Shown: piece by piece, positions 19,660 through 29,876 of the stretch | Layout of the letters: each line of letters begins with the position of its first letter | Numbering within the stretch: the first letter of the stretch is position 1 | Source: an uncultured Frigidibacter sp. | Lineage (GTDB): Bacteria; Pseudomonadota; Alphaproteobacteria; Rhodobacterales; Rhodobacteraceae | Assembly (NCBI GenBank): GCA_964600685.1 | Contig: CAZRKU010000003.1 | Location: forward strand, 196-64,195 | Length of the DNA: 64,000 nucleotides | Direction of reading: 5' to 3' | Program-made: the position numbers and the translations under genes | Notes under the pieces: model-generated | Told to the model about the DNA's origin: nothing | The model's input: only the letters and a program-made list of their open reading frames with translations | The model's database searches: none

Positions 19660-21461
19660 TCGAAAAGGTCCGTGAATTGGAAGGTGCGCACATCGACGAG
19701 ACCAAGGTCCGAAATCCGGAGATCCGGAATGACGACCAGGGCGAGGAAGGAGTGCTGGATCGAGGCGTTGTTCAGATCGCAGCCACAGTCGCGCATGGCC
19801 GCGACAAGATACGAAGCCTTGGCGGCCATGTGACGGGCGGGCGCGTCGGACATAAGGCCGGCGATGGGCAGCGGGATCTCGGCGATTTCCCGGTCATCCT
19901 TCCAGAGTGAAAAGCCCCCGCCCATCGCCGCGATGCTGTTGGCCGCCCTGGCCATCAGGCCCCGGTCGGTGCCGACGACGATGATCTGATGCGCGTCATG
20001 GGCAACGGTCGAGGCCATGGCCATGCGGCCCTTGTAGCCAAAGCCGTTCACGAAGCCATTGACCATCCGACCCGAGCCGAGGTGGCGTTCGATAACCGCG
20101 CATTGCGCCACGTCCTGCGCCTCGTCAGGTTCCACGATACCGCCCCGCACGGCGAGGGTGCGGGTCAGGGCGCGGGTGGGCGCCTGATTTTCGACAATGC
20201 CGATCACGCGGGCGCTGACCGTCGTGGCGCCCTTCGGCGCGGGAATGATGAAATCGTCTGCCACTTTGTCGCGCCCCATCCTGACCGTGTCACGAGCCTT
20301 TGCGGGCCAGTGATAGTGCGGGCAGGTAACAGTCAGGCGACCCTCTTTGGCCACCGTTTGACCGCGGGCGATGACGAGCTCGCTTGGCAGGGTTTTCAGA
20401 TCGGAGGTCAGGATCAGGTCGGCGCGGCGACCAGGCGTGATGGAACCCAATTCGCGCTCCAGCCCGAAATGGGTGGCGGTGTTGATCGTGGCCATCTGCA
20501 GCGCCACCAGCGGGTCGCAGCCCTTTTCCACCGCACGGCGACAGGCGCGGTCCATGTGGCCTTCCTCGACCAGGGTTCCGGGGTGGCAATCGTCGGTGCA
20601 GAGGATGAAGTTGCGCGGATCGAGGCCCTTTTCGGTGACGGCAGTAATCTGGCGATCCACGTCGAACCAGGCGGAGCCGTGGCGCATCATGGCGCGCATG
20701 CCCTGCCGGGCGCGGATGACCGGGTCCATCTCGGTCGTGCCTTCATGATCGTCCGCCGGGCCGCCCGCGACATAGGCGAGGAAGGCGGGCCCGAGGTCGG
20801 GCGAGGCATAGTGGCCGCCCACGGTCTTGCCCGCGCGCTGGGTCGCGGCAATCTCGGCCAGCATCTGCTGGCTTCCCGCGATCACGCCGGGAAAGTTCAT
20901 CATCTCGCCCAGTCCGATGATGCCGGGCCAGGTCATCGCCTCGGCCACTTCGTCCGGGCCGATCTCGTAGGGCGTCGTCTCCAGCCCCGGCGCGGAGGGG
21001 GCGCAGGACGGCATCTGCATGAACATGTTGACGGGCTGCATCAGCGCCTCGTCGTGCATCATGCGCACGCCCTCGATGCCCAGCACATTGGCGATCTCGT
21101 GCGGGTCGGCGAACATGGTCGTCGTGCCGTGCGGGATGACGGCGGCGGCGAATTCGGCGGGGGTCAGCATGCCGCTTTCGACATGCATGTGCCCGTCACA
21201 GAGACCGGGGACCATGTAGCGGCCTTTCGCCTCGATCACTTCGGTATCGGGGCCGATGGCATAGGACAGGTCGGGGGCAATGGCGGCGAACCGGCCATCG
21301 GCAATGGCAACGTCGTGGCCGGGCAGCACCTCGCGGGTGTGGACGTTGACCCATTGGCCGCCCCGGATCACCAGATCGGCGGGTGCGCGGCCTGCAGCGA
21401 CCGCGACAAGGCGCGGCGCGGCATCGGGCCAGGAGAGGAGGGGAGAGTTTTGGTTCTTCAT
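19656..21461 (-). CDS. ade: Adenine deaminase
   Basis: 601 aa amidohydrolase with GLCDGHMHVESG metal ligands and the adenine deaminase C-terminal domain. Its stop overlaps the amn start by 4 nt. Confidence 0.88.
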   Translation of the reverse strand: MKNQNSPLLSWPDAAPRLVAVAAGRAPADLVIRGGQWVNVHTREVLPGHDVAIADGRFAAIAPDLSYAIGPDTEVIEAKGRYMVPGLCDGHMHVESGMLTPAEFAAAVIPHGTTTMFADPHEIANVLGIEGVRMMHDEALMQPVNMFMQMPSCAPSAPGLETTPYEIGPDEVAEAMTWPGIIGLGEMMNFPGVIAGSQQMLAEIAATQRAGKTVGGHYASPDLGPAFLAYVAGGPADDHEGTTEMDPVIRARQGMRAMMRHGSAWFDVDRQITAVTEKGLDPRNFILCTDDCHPGTLVEEGHMDRACRRAVEKGCDPLVALQMATINTATHFGLERELGSITPGRRADLILTSDLKTLPSELVIARGQTVAKEGRLTVTCPHYHWPAKARDTVRMGRDKVADDFIIPAPKGATTVSARVIGIVENQAPTRALTRTLAVRGGIVEPDEAQDVAQCAVIERHLGSGRMVNGFVNGFGYKGRMAMASTVAHDAHQIIVVGTDRGLMARAANSIAAMGGGFSLWKDDREIAEIPLPIAGLMSDAPARHMAAKASYLVAAMRDCGCDLNNASIQHSFLALVVIPDLRISDLGLVDVRTFQFTDLFE

Positions 21462-21852
21462 GCCGAAATCTGGCAGATGCTCCCCCGAAGTGCAAGCGGG
21501 CGGGCGATGACCTGCCAGACGGCGGAATCGTCCGACAGGGCCTCGTAGGGAACGAAGGCCACATTCTCACGCCCTGCCTCGGCCAGATCGAGCGTGCCGT
21601 AGGCCGTCTTCACCGATATGACTTTTGCCGTCGAACCTGCGCCAGCAGACTTCATCCAGTGCCTCGGGGCTATGGGTGTCGACCTCGATCCCGTCACCGT
21701 GGGCGCGTTCGGCCCTGAGACCGGGTGGCCCCCTTGGACGACAGCCGTGCCCAGAGGTTCGGGGCCAGGACGAAGGGCATGTCGGCTGAGGTGAGCGAGC
21801 CGAACTGGCCGGTGCGATGAATCTCGCGCATCAGGAAGGGTGGTCCGGTCAT
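21458..21852 (-). pseudogene. Possible decayed gene of unknown function; coding signal is split over three frames
   Basis: High-GC3 segments occur in three frames. Frame 1 runs from the ATG at 21852: MTGPPFLMREIHRTGQFGSLTSADMPFVLAPNLWARLSSKG...stop at 21694. A second frame reads AERAHGDGIEVDTHSPEALDEVCWRRFDGK. A third reads VKTAYGTLDLAEAGRENVAFVPYEALSDDSAVWQVIARPLAL...*, and its TGA overlaps the ade ATG (ATGA). Confidence 0.25.
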
Positions 21853-21931
21853 GCTGGATGCCTGCCTTTGACGCAGGGAGCGTGTCAAGCTGCCGCTTGT
21901 GCCTGCCCGCGCCGCGGGGAATAGTGGCAGG

Positions 21932-22804
21932 ATGAACCGCACGCTTCTTGTTTTCGGCCACGGCTATACCGCGCAGGCCCTCTCCGACCGGCTCCTGCCC
22001 CAAGGCTGGACGATCATCGGCACCACACGCAATGCGGACAAGGCGCGCGCGCTGGAAAAGGCCGGGATCGAGCCGCTGATCTGGCCCGGCACATCGCTTG
22101 GTCCGGCTCTGGGGCGGGCGACGCATATCCTCGCCTCCATCGGCGCGACTGCTGCGGGCGATCCGGTGCTGGTCCGGCACGGAGCGGAAATCGCGGAGGC
22201 CGCAGCGCATGTGGACTGGGCGGGCTATCTGTCGACCACCGGGGTCTATGGCGACCATCGGGGCGGCTGGGTGGATGAAACCACCCCCCTGACGCCCACA
22301 ACCGAACGCGGGCGCTGGCGGGTGCTGGCCGAGGCGCAGTGGCGCGCGGTGCCGGGCCTGCCCGTCCATATCTTCCGCCTGGCGGGGATCTATGGCCCCG
22401 GACGTGGCCCCTTCGAAAAGGTGCGCGACGGCAGCGCGCGGCTGATCATCAAAAAGAACCAGTTCATGAGCCGCGCCCATGTCGAGGACATCGCCGCTGT
22501 CCTCCATGCGTCGATCCGCAACCCGGCGCCGGGCGAGGCCTATAATGTCTGCGATGATGAGCCGACCGCGCCCGAGGTGGTGCTCAGACATGCGGCACGG
22601 CTTCTGAACCTGCCCGACCCGCCCGAAGTTCCGTTCGAAACGGCGGAGATGAACCCGATGGCGCGCAGTTTCTATTCGGAATCGAAGAAGGTGCGGAACG
22701 ACAAGATCAGGACGGCGCTTGGGGTTCGCCTTCGCTATCCGACCTATCGCGAGAATCTGGCGGCGATCCTTGCCTCAGGCCAGACGCAGCACCGCGACCC
22801 CTGA
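21932..22804 (+). CDS. NAD(P)-binding SDR/epimerase-family protein
   Basis: MNRTLLVFGHGYTAQAL is a Rossmann-like N-terminus. About 290 aa. The 3' end overlaps the convergent EamA gene by 30 nt. Confidence 0.7.
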   Translation: MNRTLLVFGHGYTAQALSDRLLPQGWTIIGTTRNADKARALEKAGIEPLIWPGTSLGPALGRATHILASIGATAAGDPVLVRHGAEIAEAAAHVDWAGYLSTTGVYGDHRGGWVDETTPLTPTTERGRWRVLAEAQWRAVPGLPVHIFRLAGIYGPGRGPFEKVRDGSARLIIKKNQFMSRAHVEDIAAVLHASIRNPAPGEAYNVCDDEPTAPEVVLRHAARLLNLPDPPEVPFETAEMNPMARSFYSESKKVRNDKIRTALGVRLRYPTYRENLAAILASGQTQHRDP

Positions 22805-23614
22805 GGCAATGATCGCCACCGCGACGATGCGCGGCAGGCCGACCCGCTCGCCCAGGATCAGGGCGGAAATGCCGGTCGCGAACAGGATCGAGGTTTCGCG
22901 CAGAGCCGCCACAATGGCGACGGGCGCAAGCGTCATCGCCCAAAGCGCGACACCATAGGAAGTCATCGTGCCGATGCCGCCGATCAGCCCGTCGCGCCAG
23001 CCAAGCGCCGCCTGCCGCAGGATGCCGGGACCGCGTTGCCAGATCGCCCAGATCAGGACGGGCGGCGCGGTCAGGACCGAGACCCAGAGCGAATAGCCGA
23101 TGGGCGCGCCGGAGGCCCGCGCCCCCCAGCCGTCGTTCAGCGTATAGGTGGCGATCACGACGGCATTCAGAAGCGCAAGCCCCAGCCCCGCCCCCGATCC
23201 GTGTCGCCCGAGAAAGGCCATCGACAGGATGCCGCCCGAAATGAGGGCAATGCCGATCCAGCCAGCCTGCGGCAGAACCTCGGCAAAGGCGAGGCCGGAG
23301 ACCAACGCCACGATCATCGGCGCGGTGCCACGCATCACCGGATAGGCGAGACTCATGTCCGCGCGCTGATAGGTGGCGGCGACGAGCGAATAGTAGATCG
23401 TCTGCAGAACCATGGATGCGCCGAGGAACGGCCAGCTTGCCCGCGCGGGCTGGGTGAAGAACGGCAGCGCGAGCGCGGCGACAACGGCCGCCGCGAGGCA
23501 GATGGTCACGGCGGAGACGAACTTGTCGCCGGCGCCCTTGACGATGGCGTTCCAGCCCGCATGCAGCGCCGCCGCGAAAAGGACAAGAAAGAAGACGCTG
23601 GCGGTCAAGGTCAT
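22775..23614 (-). CDS. EamA/DMT family transporter
   Basis: 279 aa with about 10 predicted TM helices and two EamA-like repeats. Confidence 0.8.
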   Translation of the reverse strand: MTLTASVFFLVLFAAALHAGWNAIVKGAGDKFVSAVTICLAAAVVAALALPFFTQPARASWPFLGASMVLQTIYYSLVAATYQRADMSLAYPVMRGTAPMIVALVSGLAFAEVLPQAGWIGIALISGGILSMAFLGRHGSGAGLGLALLNAVVIATYTLNDGWGARASGAPIGYSLWVSVLTAPPVLIWAIWQRGPGILRQAALGWRDGLIGGIGTMTSYGVALWAMTLAPVAIVAALRETSILFATGISALILGERVGLPRIVAVAIIASGVAVLRLA

Positions 23615-23854
23615 GCTCCGGTTGCGCGACCCTAGGCAGACCTGCGGCGCGGGGCGAAGTCAAGGCGGCGGGAACAAAAAACACGCCCTGCCCCCTTGCG
23701 GATCATCCGGGTGCTGCCCATTTGGCAATTGCGGGCCGGGCCCCTCTGACGATGATCCTCATCGTGATGTCGGACCGCATCGAGTGTGCTCGATCCCGGC
23801 CCGGCCAAAGCCAGCACGGACATCGGGCAGGATTCAACACTGCATGAGGGACCG

Positions 23855-24829
23855 ATGGATATCCTGTTTTCGTCTTTTCTTGGCACGCCCGTCTGGATGT
23901 GGGCGGGCTTTGTCACGCTGGTTCTGGCGCTTCTGGCCTTTGACCTTGGCATCCTGAACCGGGGCGGCGGGGAAATCGGCGTGCGTGAAAGTCTCAGGCT
24001 TTCGGCGCTTTACATCGCACTGGGCGTGGCGTTCGGCGGCTTCGTCTGGTGGCAGATGGGTGCCACACCGGCCGCCGAATACCTGACCGCTTTCGTGGTG
24101 GAAAAGAGCCTCGCGCTCGACAACATCTTCGTGATCGCACTGATCTTTTCCTTCTTCGCGATTCCGCGCGCCCATCAGCACCGGGTGCTGTTCTGGGGCA
24201 TTCTGGGGGTGATCGTGCTGCGCGCGGTCATGATCGGCGTTGGCGCGACCCTGGTGGCGCAATATGGCTGGCTGCTTTACCTGTTCGCCGGCTTCCTGAT
24301 CCTGACCGGGATCAAGATGCTGTTCCTTGGCGAAAAGGAAACGCATCTGGAGGACAACCCGCTGCTGAAACTGATGCGGCGGATGTTCCGGGTGACGGAC
24401 CGGCTGCATGGCCACGCCTTTTTCGTGCGCCAGACCGACCCGAAAACCGGCCGGATGGCCACATATCTGACGCCGCTCTTTCTCGCGCTGGTGCTGATCG
24501 AGGTGGCGGACGTGATCTTCGCGGTCGACTCGGTGCCTGCGGTCTTTGCGATCTCGACCGATCCGTTCATCGTCTATACCTCGAACATCTTCGCGATCCT
24601 GGGTCTGAGGGCGCTTTACTTCGCGCTGTCGGCGATCCTGCATCGGTTCGCCTATCTGAAACAGGCGCTGGCGGTGCTCCTGGTCTTCATCGGATCGAAG
24701 ATCTTCATCGCCGATGCCTTCGGCTGGGCCAAGTTTCCCGCAAGCTGGTCGCTGACGGTCACTTTTGCGATCCTCGGCGCGGGGATTCTGTGGTCGCTGT
24801 GGAAAACCCGGGCTGTCAAAGCCGCGTGA
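23855..24829 (+). CDS. TerC/Alx family integral membrane protein
   Basis: MDILFSSFLGTPVWMW...EKSLALDNIFVI...EVADVIFAVDSVPAVFA, the paired TerC acidic motifs. The track ORF starts at 23786. Confidence 0.85.
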   Translation: MDILFSSFLGTPVWMWAGFVTLVLALLAFDLGILNRGGGEIGVRESLRLSALYIALGVAFGGFVWWQMGATPAAEYLTAFVVEKSLALDNIFVIALIFSFFAIPRAHQHRVLFWGILGVIVLRAVMIGVGATLVAQYGWLLYLFAGFLILTGIKMLFLGEKETHLEDNPLLKLMRRMFRVTDRLHGHAFFVRQTDPKTGRMATYLTPLFLALVLIEVADVIFAVDSVPAVFAISTDPFIVYTSNIFAILGLRALYFALSAILHRFAYLKQALAVLLVFIGSKIFIADAFGWAKFPASWSLTVTFAILGAGILWSLWKTRAVKAA

Positions 24830-24906
24830 GCCATTGAAGCATTTGGTTGCGGCGCTATCATCGCGCCCCATATCCGGCCAGCACAGGCGGCAGCAGGGGG
24901 ACGACG

Positions 24907-25365
24907 ATGACCGACACGAAGAACTGGGCGAAGACTCCCGAGGCGCTGGCCGGCCTGACGCCCGAGCAATTTCGGGTGACACAGCAGAGCGGCACCGAGC
25001 GCGCCTTTAGCGGCGCGTTCTGGGATCAGAAGGAACCGGGGCTTTACGTCGATGTGGTGTCGGGCGAGCCGCTCTTTTCGTCGGACGACAAGTTCGACAG
25101 CGGCTGCGGCTGGCCAAGCTTTACCCGGCCGGTCGCGAGCGATCACGTCGACGAATTCCGCGACACGACCTATGGCATGGTGCGCACCGAGGTCCGGTCG
25201 CACCATGGCGACAGCCATCTGGGCCATGTCTTCAATGACGGCCCGCGTGATCAGGGTGGGCTGCGCTATTGCATCAATTCCGCATCCCTGCGCTTCATCC
25301 CGCTCGACCGGCTGGCGGCGGAAGGCTATGGCGACTTCGTGGGCAAGATCAGGGGAGGCAAATGA
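24907..25365 (+). CDS. msrB: Peptide-methionine (R)-S-oxide reductase
   Basis: Contains [14 protein letters not shown] and the catalytic RYCINSASL motif. Confidence 0.9.
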   Translation: MTDTKNWAKTPEALAGLTPEQFRVTQQSGTERAFSGAFWDQKEPGLYVDVVSGEPLFSSDDKFDSGCGWPSFTRPVASDHVDEFRDTTYGMVRTEVRSHHGDSHLGHVFNDGPRDQGGLRYCINSASLRFIPLDRLAAEGYGDFVGKIRGGK

Positions 25366-25868
25366 TGGGAACCGAAACGGCAATCCTGGCGGGCGGCTGC
25401 TTCTGGGGGATGCAGGATCTGATCCGACGGATCCCCGGCGTGATCGCGACCCGGGTGGGTTATACCGGCGGCGACGTGGCCAATGCCACCTACCGCAACC
25501 ATGGCACCCATGCCGAAGGGATCGAGGTGAAATTCGATCCGGGAAAACTCAGCTACCGGCAGCTTCTGGAGTTTTTCTTCCAGATCCATGACCCGACGAC
25601 GCTGAACCGGCAGGGAAATGATCTGGGCCTCGCCTACCGCTCCGGCATCTATTTCACCACCGACGCCCAGCGGGAGGAGGCACTGCGCACCATTGCCGAC
25701 GTGAACGTCTCGGGCCTGTGGCCCGGCAAGGTCGTGACGGAGGTGAAGGCGGCGGGCCCCTTCTGGGAGGCGGAACCGGAGCATCAGGATTATCTGCAGC
25801 GTCGTCCCGACGGCTATACCTGCCATTTCCCGCGCCCCGGCTGGAAGCTGCCGAAGACGGCGGCGTAG
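25362..25868 (+). CDS. msrA: Peptide-methionine (S)-S-oxide reductase
   Basis: [18 protein letters not shown] contains the GCFWG active site. ATGA overlap with the msrB stop. Confidence 0.9.
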   Translation: MMGTETAILAGGCFWGMQDLIRRIPGVIATRVGYTGGDVANATYRNHGTHAEGIEVKFDPGKLSYRQLLEFFFQIHDPTTLNRQGNDLGLAYRSGIYFTTDAQREEALRTIADVNVSGLWPGKVVTEVKAAGPFWEAEPEHQDYLQRRPDGYTCHFPRPGWKLPKTAA

Positions 25869-25967
25869 TGCCCGACGGGGCGCTTTCGCGGCCGGTGGAC
25901 GGCGAACCGAATTGGGCTTGAACCCCGGCGCGGGGACCACCATCCTTGGCGCAGGAGACACGCCGAC

Positions 25968-26708
25968 ATGACCGCACCTGATCCTGATGAGTTGACCGAC
26001 AAGGATTTCTCCGCCGACGGGGACGCCGACGGGGCGGACGACACGGAACAGGGTGCGGCGGGCGAAGGTCTCGCTGGGCGGCTGGGGCGCCGGAACCGGC
26101 GAAAGAGACCGCGCAGGCGGCTCTCGGACATCCTGCGCGAGATCGTGGATCAGGGCGACAGCACGCATATCACCATAGGTGATCTTCTGCGGTCCATGGA
26201 CGGGCGGGCGTTCGGCGCGCTCCTCCTGATCTTCGCCTTTCCGAATGTCCTGCCCGCGCCGCCGGGACTGGCGGCCTTTCTGGGTTTGCCGCTGCTTTAC
26301 CTGTCGGCTCAGATGATGCTGGCGCGCCTGCCATGGCTGCCACCCTTCATCGACAAGAGATCCTTGTCGCGCGACAATTTCCGCTCGCTGATCGACCGGG
26401 GCAATCCGATCCTGGCACGGGTCGAGAAGCTGCTGGATGAGCGGCTGATCGCGCTGACTTCGGCCCCCGCCGAACGGGTGCTGGGGGCGCTTTGCCTGAT
26501 CCTATCGCTGGTTCTGATGTTGCCGATCCCGTTCGGCAACCTGATGCCCGCTCTGGCGATCTGCGTGATCGCCCTGGGGATCCTTGAACGTGATGGCTAC
26601 TGGATCCTCGCCGGACTGGCGGTGTCGGCCGCAGCCTTCGTCTGGGTGGGCGGACTGGCCTATGCGCTGGTGAAGTCCGCGATCTTCGTGGTGATCAACG
26701 CGTTCTGA
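25968..26708 (+). CDS. ExoD family exopolysaccharide synthesis membrane protein
   Basis: Acidic N-terminus followed by ITIGDLLRSMDGRAFGALLLIFAFPNVLPAPPG and several TM helices, typical of ExoD. The start is uncertain. Confidence 0.7.
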   Translation: MTAPDPDELTDKDFSADGDADGADDTEQGAAGEGLAGRLGRRNRRKRPRRRLSDILREIVDQGDSTHITIGDLLRSMDGRAFGALLLIFAFPNVLPAPPGLAAFLGLPLLYLSAQMMLARLPWLPPFIDKRSLSRDNFRSLIDRGNPILARVEKLLDERLIALTSAPAERVLGALCLILSLVLMLPIPFGNLMPALAICVIALGILERDGYWILAGLAVSAAAFVWVGGLAYALVKSAIFVVINAF

Positions 26709-26855
26709 CGCGGGTCAGGGCGCTGCGTCAGGGCGCGGCACCCTTCAGGATCGCAATGAAATCGGCGTATCCCCGATTCTCGGCAGAGGTGGTTCTGGAA
26801 ATCCGAACAGGTTCCGGAACCACTTCTGTGTCTCGTAGCCGGGCATCGTTGTTCA

Positions 26856-28769
26856 TCACGCCCTTTGCGCCACCATGGCCACCCCCAACACCTCCAGCAC
26901 CTTCGCCTCGATCTGGGGGGCGTTCATGCCAGCAACGGCATACATGTCTTCGGGACTCATCTGGTCGATGAAGATGTCCGGGAACACCATGGAACGGTAT
27001 TTGAAGCCCCGGTCAAAGATGCCCGCCTCGGCCAAAAGCTGGGCGACATGGCTGCCGAACCCGCCGAGCGCGCCCTCCTCGACCGTGATCAGCGCCTCAT
27101 GCTCGCGCGCCAGACGCAGGATCAGGTCGCGGTCGAGCGGTTTGGCAAAGCGCGCGTCGGCGACGGTCGGGGCAAGGCCGCGCGCGGCCAGGCTTTCGCG
27201 GGCTTTCAGCACTTCGGCAAGGCGGGTGCCGAACGAGAGGATCGCGATCCGACCGCCTTCGGCGATGATCCGACCCCTGCCGATTTCAAGCGGCTGGCCG
27301 CGTTCGGGCATCTCGACCCCATTGCCATCGCCGCGCGGGAAGCGGAAGGCCGAGGGGCGGTCGTCGATGACCGCCGCCGTGGCAACCATATGGACCAGTT
27401 CCGCCTCGTCCGCCGCCGCCATCACCACGAAATCGGGCAGGTTGGACAGATAGGCGATGTCGAAGGCCCCGGCATGGGTTGCGCCATCTGCGCCCACCAG
27501 CCCCGCCCGGTCGATCGGGAAGCGGACCGGCAGGCGCTGGATCGCCACGTCATGCACGACCTGATCATAGCCGCGCTGCAGGAAGGTCGAATAGAGCGCG
27601 CAGAAGGGTCTCATGCCGCCCGCCGCCAGACCTGCGGCGAAGGTCACGGCGTGCTGTTCGGCGATACCCACATCGAAAGAGCGGCGCGGAAAACGTTCGG
27701 CGAACAGGTTGAGGCCGGTGCCGTCCGGCATGGCCGCCGTGATCGCGACGATCCTGTCGTCCCGTTCGGCCTCCTTGATCAGCGACTGGGCAAAGACCTT
27801 GGTATAGGAGGGCGCGTTCGAGGGGGACTTCTTCTGCTCGCCCGTCAGCACATCGAACTTCGCGGTCGCATGGCCCTTGTCGGCCGCGCGTTCGGCCGGG
27901 GCATAGCCCTTGCCCTTCTTGGTCAGAACATGTATCAGCATCGGCCCGGTCGCGCGCGCCTTGACGGTGCGCAGGACGCTGAGCAACTGGTCCATGTCAT
28001 GGCCATCGATGGGGCCGACATAGGAAAATCCAAGCTCCTCGAACAGCGTGCCGCCAATCGTCATGCCTTTCAGCATTTCCTTGGCGCGCCGCGCCCCTTG
28101 CTGGAACGGTTCGGGCAGAAGGCTGACCGCGCTTTTGGCCGCCGCTTTCAGCTCCTGAAACGGACCTTCGGTGTAAAGGCGGGTCAGATAGGCCGACATG
28201 GCCCCGACCGGGGGCGCGATCGACATTTCATTGTCGTTGAGGATGACGAAGAGCCGCTTTTTCAGATGGCCGGCGTTGTTCATCGCCTCATAGGCCATGC
28301 CCGCGCTCATCGAACCGTCGCCGATCACCGCAATCGCATCGCCCGGATCGCCGCCCAGATCACGGGCGGCGGCAAAACCCAGGGCCGCGCTGATCGAGGT
28401 CGAACTATGGGCCGCCCCGAACGGGTCATAGGGCGACTCAGACCGTTTGGTGAAGCCTGAAAGGCCGCCCTTCTGGCGCAGCGTCCGGATCCGGTCGCGC
28501 CGTCCGGTCAGGATCTTGTGCGGATAACATTGGTGGCCCACGTCCCAGATCAGCTTGTCGCGCGGCGTGTCGAATACGGCATGGAGCGCCACGGTCAGCT
28601 CGACCACCCCCAGCCCCGCGCCGAGATGCCCGCCGGTGACGGAAACTGCGCTGATCGTCTCGGCCCTGAGTTCATCGGCGAGGATCGTCAGATCGCGGTC
28701 GCTCAGACCTTTCAGGTCAGAGGGCACCCGGACGCGGTCCAGGGTCGGGGTATGGGGGCGCTCGCTCAT
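26856..28769 (-). CDS. dxs: 1-deoxy-D-xylulose-5-phosphate synthase
   Basis: 637 aa with [14 protein letters not shown] and a [18 protein letters not shown]-binding motif, in the classical xseB-ispA-dxs context. Confidence 0.95.
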   Translation of the reverse strand: MSERPHTPTLDRVRVPSDLKGLSDRDLTILADELRAETISAVSVTGGHLGAGLGVVELTVALHAVFDTPRDKLIWDVGHQCYPHKILTGRRDRIRTLRQKGGLSGFTKRSESPYDPFGAAHSSTSISAALGFAAARDLGGDPGDAIAVIGDGSMSAGMAYEAMNNAGHLKKRLFVILNDNEMSIAPPVGAMSAYLTRLYTEGPFQELKAAAKSAVSLLPEPFQQGARRAKEMLKGMTIGGTLFEELGFSYVGPIDGHDMDQLLSVLRTVKARATGPMLIHVLTKKGKGYAPAERAADKGHATAKFDVLTGEQKKSPSNAPSYTKVFAQSLIKEAERDDRIVAITAAMPDGTGLNLFAERFPRRSFDVGIAEQHAVTFAAGLAAGGMRPFCALYSTFLQRGYDQVVHDVAIQRLPVRFPIDRAGLVGADGATHAGAFDIAYLSNLPDFVVMAAADEAELVHMVATAAVIDDRPSAFRFPRGDGNGVEMPERGQPLEIGRGRIIAEGGRIAILSFGTRLAEVLKARESLAARGLAPTVADARFAKPLDRDLILRLAREHEALITVEEGALGGFGSHVAQLLAEAGIFDRGFKYRSMVFPDIFIDQMSPEDMYAVAGMNAPQIEAKVLEVLGVAMVAQRA

Positions 28770-28778
28770 CTGGACCTT

Positions 28779-29639
28779 TCAGCTTTCGCGCTGAATAACG
28801 AAGCGGGTCGCTGCTCTCAAGCCATCTGCCGAGGGGCCGTAGTGCAAAAGCGCCGCCTGTGCCTCATCCGCCAGGTCACGTGCCCGTGCCCGCGCGCCTT
28901 CCAACCCCAGAAGCGAGACGAAGGTGGCCTTGCCCGCGCCCGCGTCCTTCCTGAGCTTCTTGCCCGCTTTCGCCGGATCGCCCTCCACATCGAGGATATC
29001 GTCGGCAATCTGGAAAGCAAGGCCGAGGGCCGAGGCATAAGCAGCCAAAGGCGCACGGTCGGCCCCGGCAAGGATCGCGCCCGCCTCTGCCGCGAAAGAA
29101 ATCAGCGCGCCGGTCTTTCCGGCCTGAAGCCGAGTGATTGCGTCGAGCGTCAGGGGCTCAGACGCCGTTTCGGCGGCAATGTCGAGCGCCTGTCCCAGCA
29201 CCATGCCCTGCGCCCCCGCGGCTTTTGCAAGCGCCGCCACCAGATCAATCCGCCGCGCCCCCAAAGCCGGATCAGCACAGAGTTCAAAAGCCAGCGTCTG
29301 CAGCGCGTCGCCGGCCAGAACCGCCGTGGCCTGATCCCATTTCACATGGACGGTGGGCTGGCCGCGGCGCAAGTCATCATCATCCATGCAGGGCAGGTCG
29401 TCATGGACAAGGGAATAGGCATGCAGCGCCTCGACCGCCGCCGCCGCGGGCATCGCGTCGGGCTCATGGAGCCCGTGCATGCGTGCGCTTTCCAGAACCA
29501 GAAAGGCCCTCAGCCGCTTGCCCCCCTGCAGCGCGTAACGCATGGCCTGAACGACGGAGACGTCGGGATACCAGCCCAGCGCATCGTCAAGCGCGGTCTG
29601 AACCTTCGCTTGCACCCGTTTCAGACGGTCCTCGAACAC
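28779..29639 (-). CDS. ispA: Polyprenyl (farnesyl/geranyl) diphosphate synthase
   Basis: FARM motif LVHDDLPCMDDDDLRRG and SARM motif FQIADDILD. Confidence 0.9.
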   Translation of the reverse strand: MFEDRLKRVQAKVQTALDDALGWYPDVSVVQAMRYALQGGKRLRAFLVLESARMHGLHEPDAMPAAAAVEALHAYSLVHDDLPCMDDDDLRRGQPTVHVKWDQATAVLAGDALQTLAFELCADPALGARRIDLVAALAKAAGAQGMVLGQALDIAAETASEPLTLDAITRLQAGKTGALISFAAEAGAILAGADRAPLAAYASALGLAFQIADDILDVEGDPAKAGKKLRKDAGAGKATFVSLLGLEGARARARDLADEAQAALLHYGPSADGLRAATRFVIQRES

Positions 29640-29876
29640 TCACATTCCTTCCGCCGGCACGGTCCCGGTGGGGGCGCCCGCAGCGTTCAGCGTGATCTTT
29701 TCCACCCGCTCCTCGGCGGCCTTCAGCTTCGCCTCGCAATGCGCCTTCAGCGCAGCGCCGCGTTCGTACAGGGCGATGGATTTCTCCAGTTCGACATTGC
29801 CGGATTCCAGATCGCGCACGACCTTTTCCAACTCGGCCATCGCGGCTTCGAATGTCATCGCTGAAAGGTCGCTCAT
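29640..29876 (-). CDS. xseB: Exodeoxyribonuclease VII small subunit
   Basis: 78 aa, FEAAMAELEKVVRDLESGNVELEKSIALYERG. Confidence 0.9.
   Translation of the reverse strand: MSDLSAMTFEAAMAELEKVVRDLESGNVELEKSIALYERGAALKAHCEAKLKAAEERVEKITLNAAGAPTGTVPAEGM

Noticed and set aside
18106-21548. Plus-strand ORFs of 575 aa (18106-19833) and 519 aa (19989-21548)
   Set aside because: They are antisense to amn and ade, whose minus-strand translations carry clear family motifs. The plus-strand products are Gly/Arg/Asp/His-rich with no motifs.
23640-23854. Possible yybP-ykoY (Mn2+/alx-type) riboswitch in the leader of the TerC/Alx gene
   Set aside because: TerC/Alx genes are often riboswitch-controlled, and the leader does have two neat hairpins: ACGATGA-tcc-TCATCGT at 23749-23765 and ATCGAG-tgtg-CTCGAT at 23779-23794. 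I could not find the conserved GGGGAGUAG/GAGAC-type cores of yybP-ykoY. It is left as an unclassified structured leader, and a covariance-model scan would settle it.
26709-26855. 33-codon ORF just downstream of the dxs stop (minus strand, MPGYETQKWFRNLFGFPEPPLPRIGDTPISLRS)
   Set aside because: The first 13 codons or so have gene-like GC3, but the remainder does not. It is too short, has no Shine-Dalgarno, and matches no family I know. It could be a tiny gene remnant, but the support is insufficient.
26865-29864. Plus-strand ORFs of 531 aa and 448 aa opposite dxs and ispA/xseB
   Set aside because: They are shadow ORFs antisense to well-supported genes, with no motifs.
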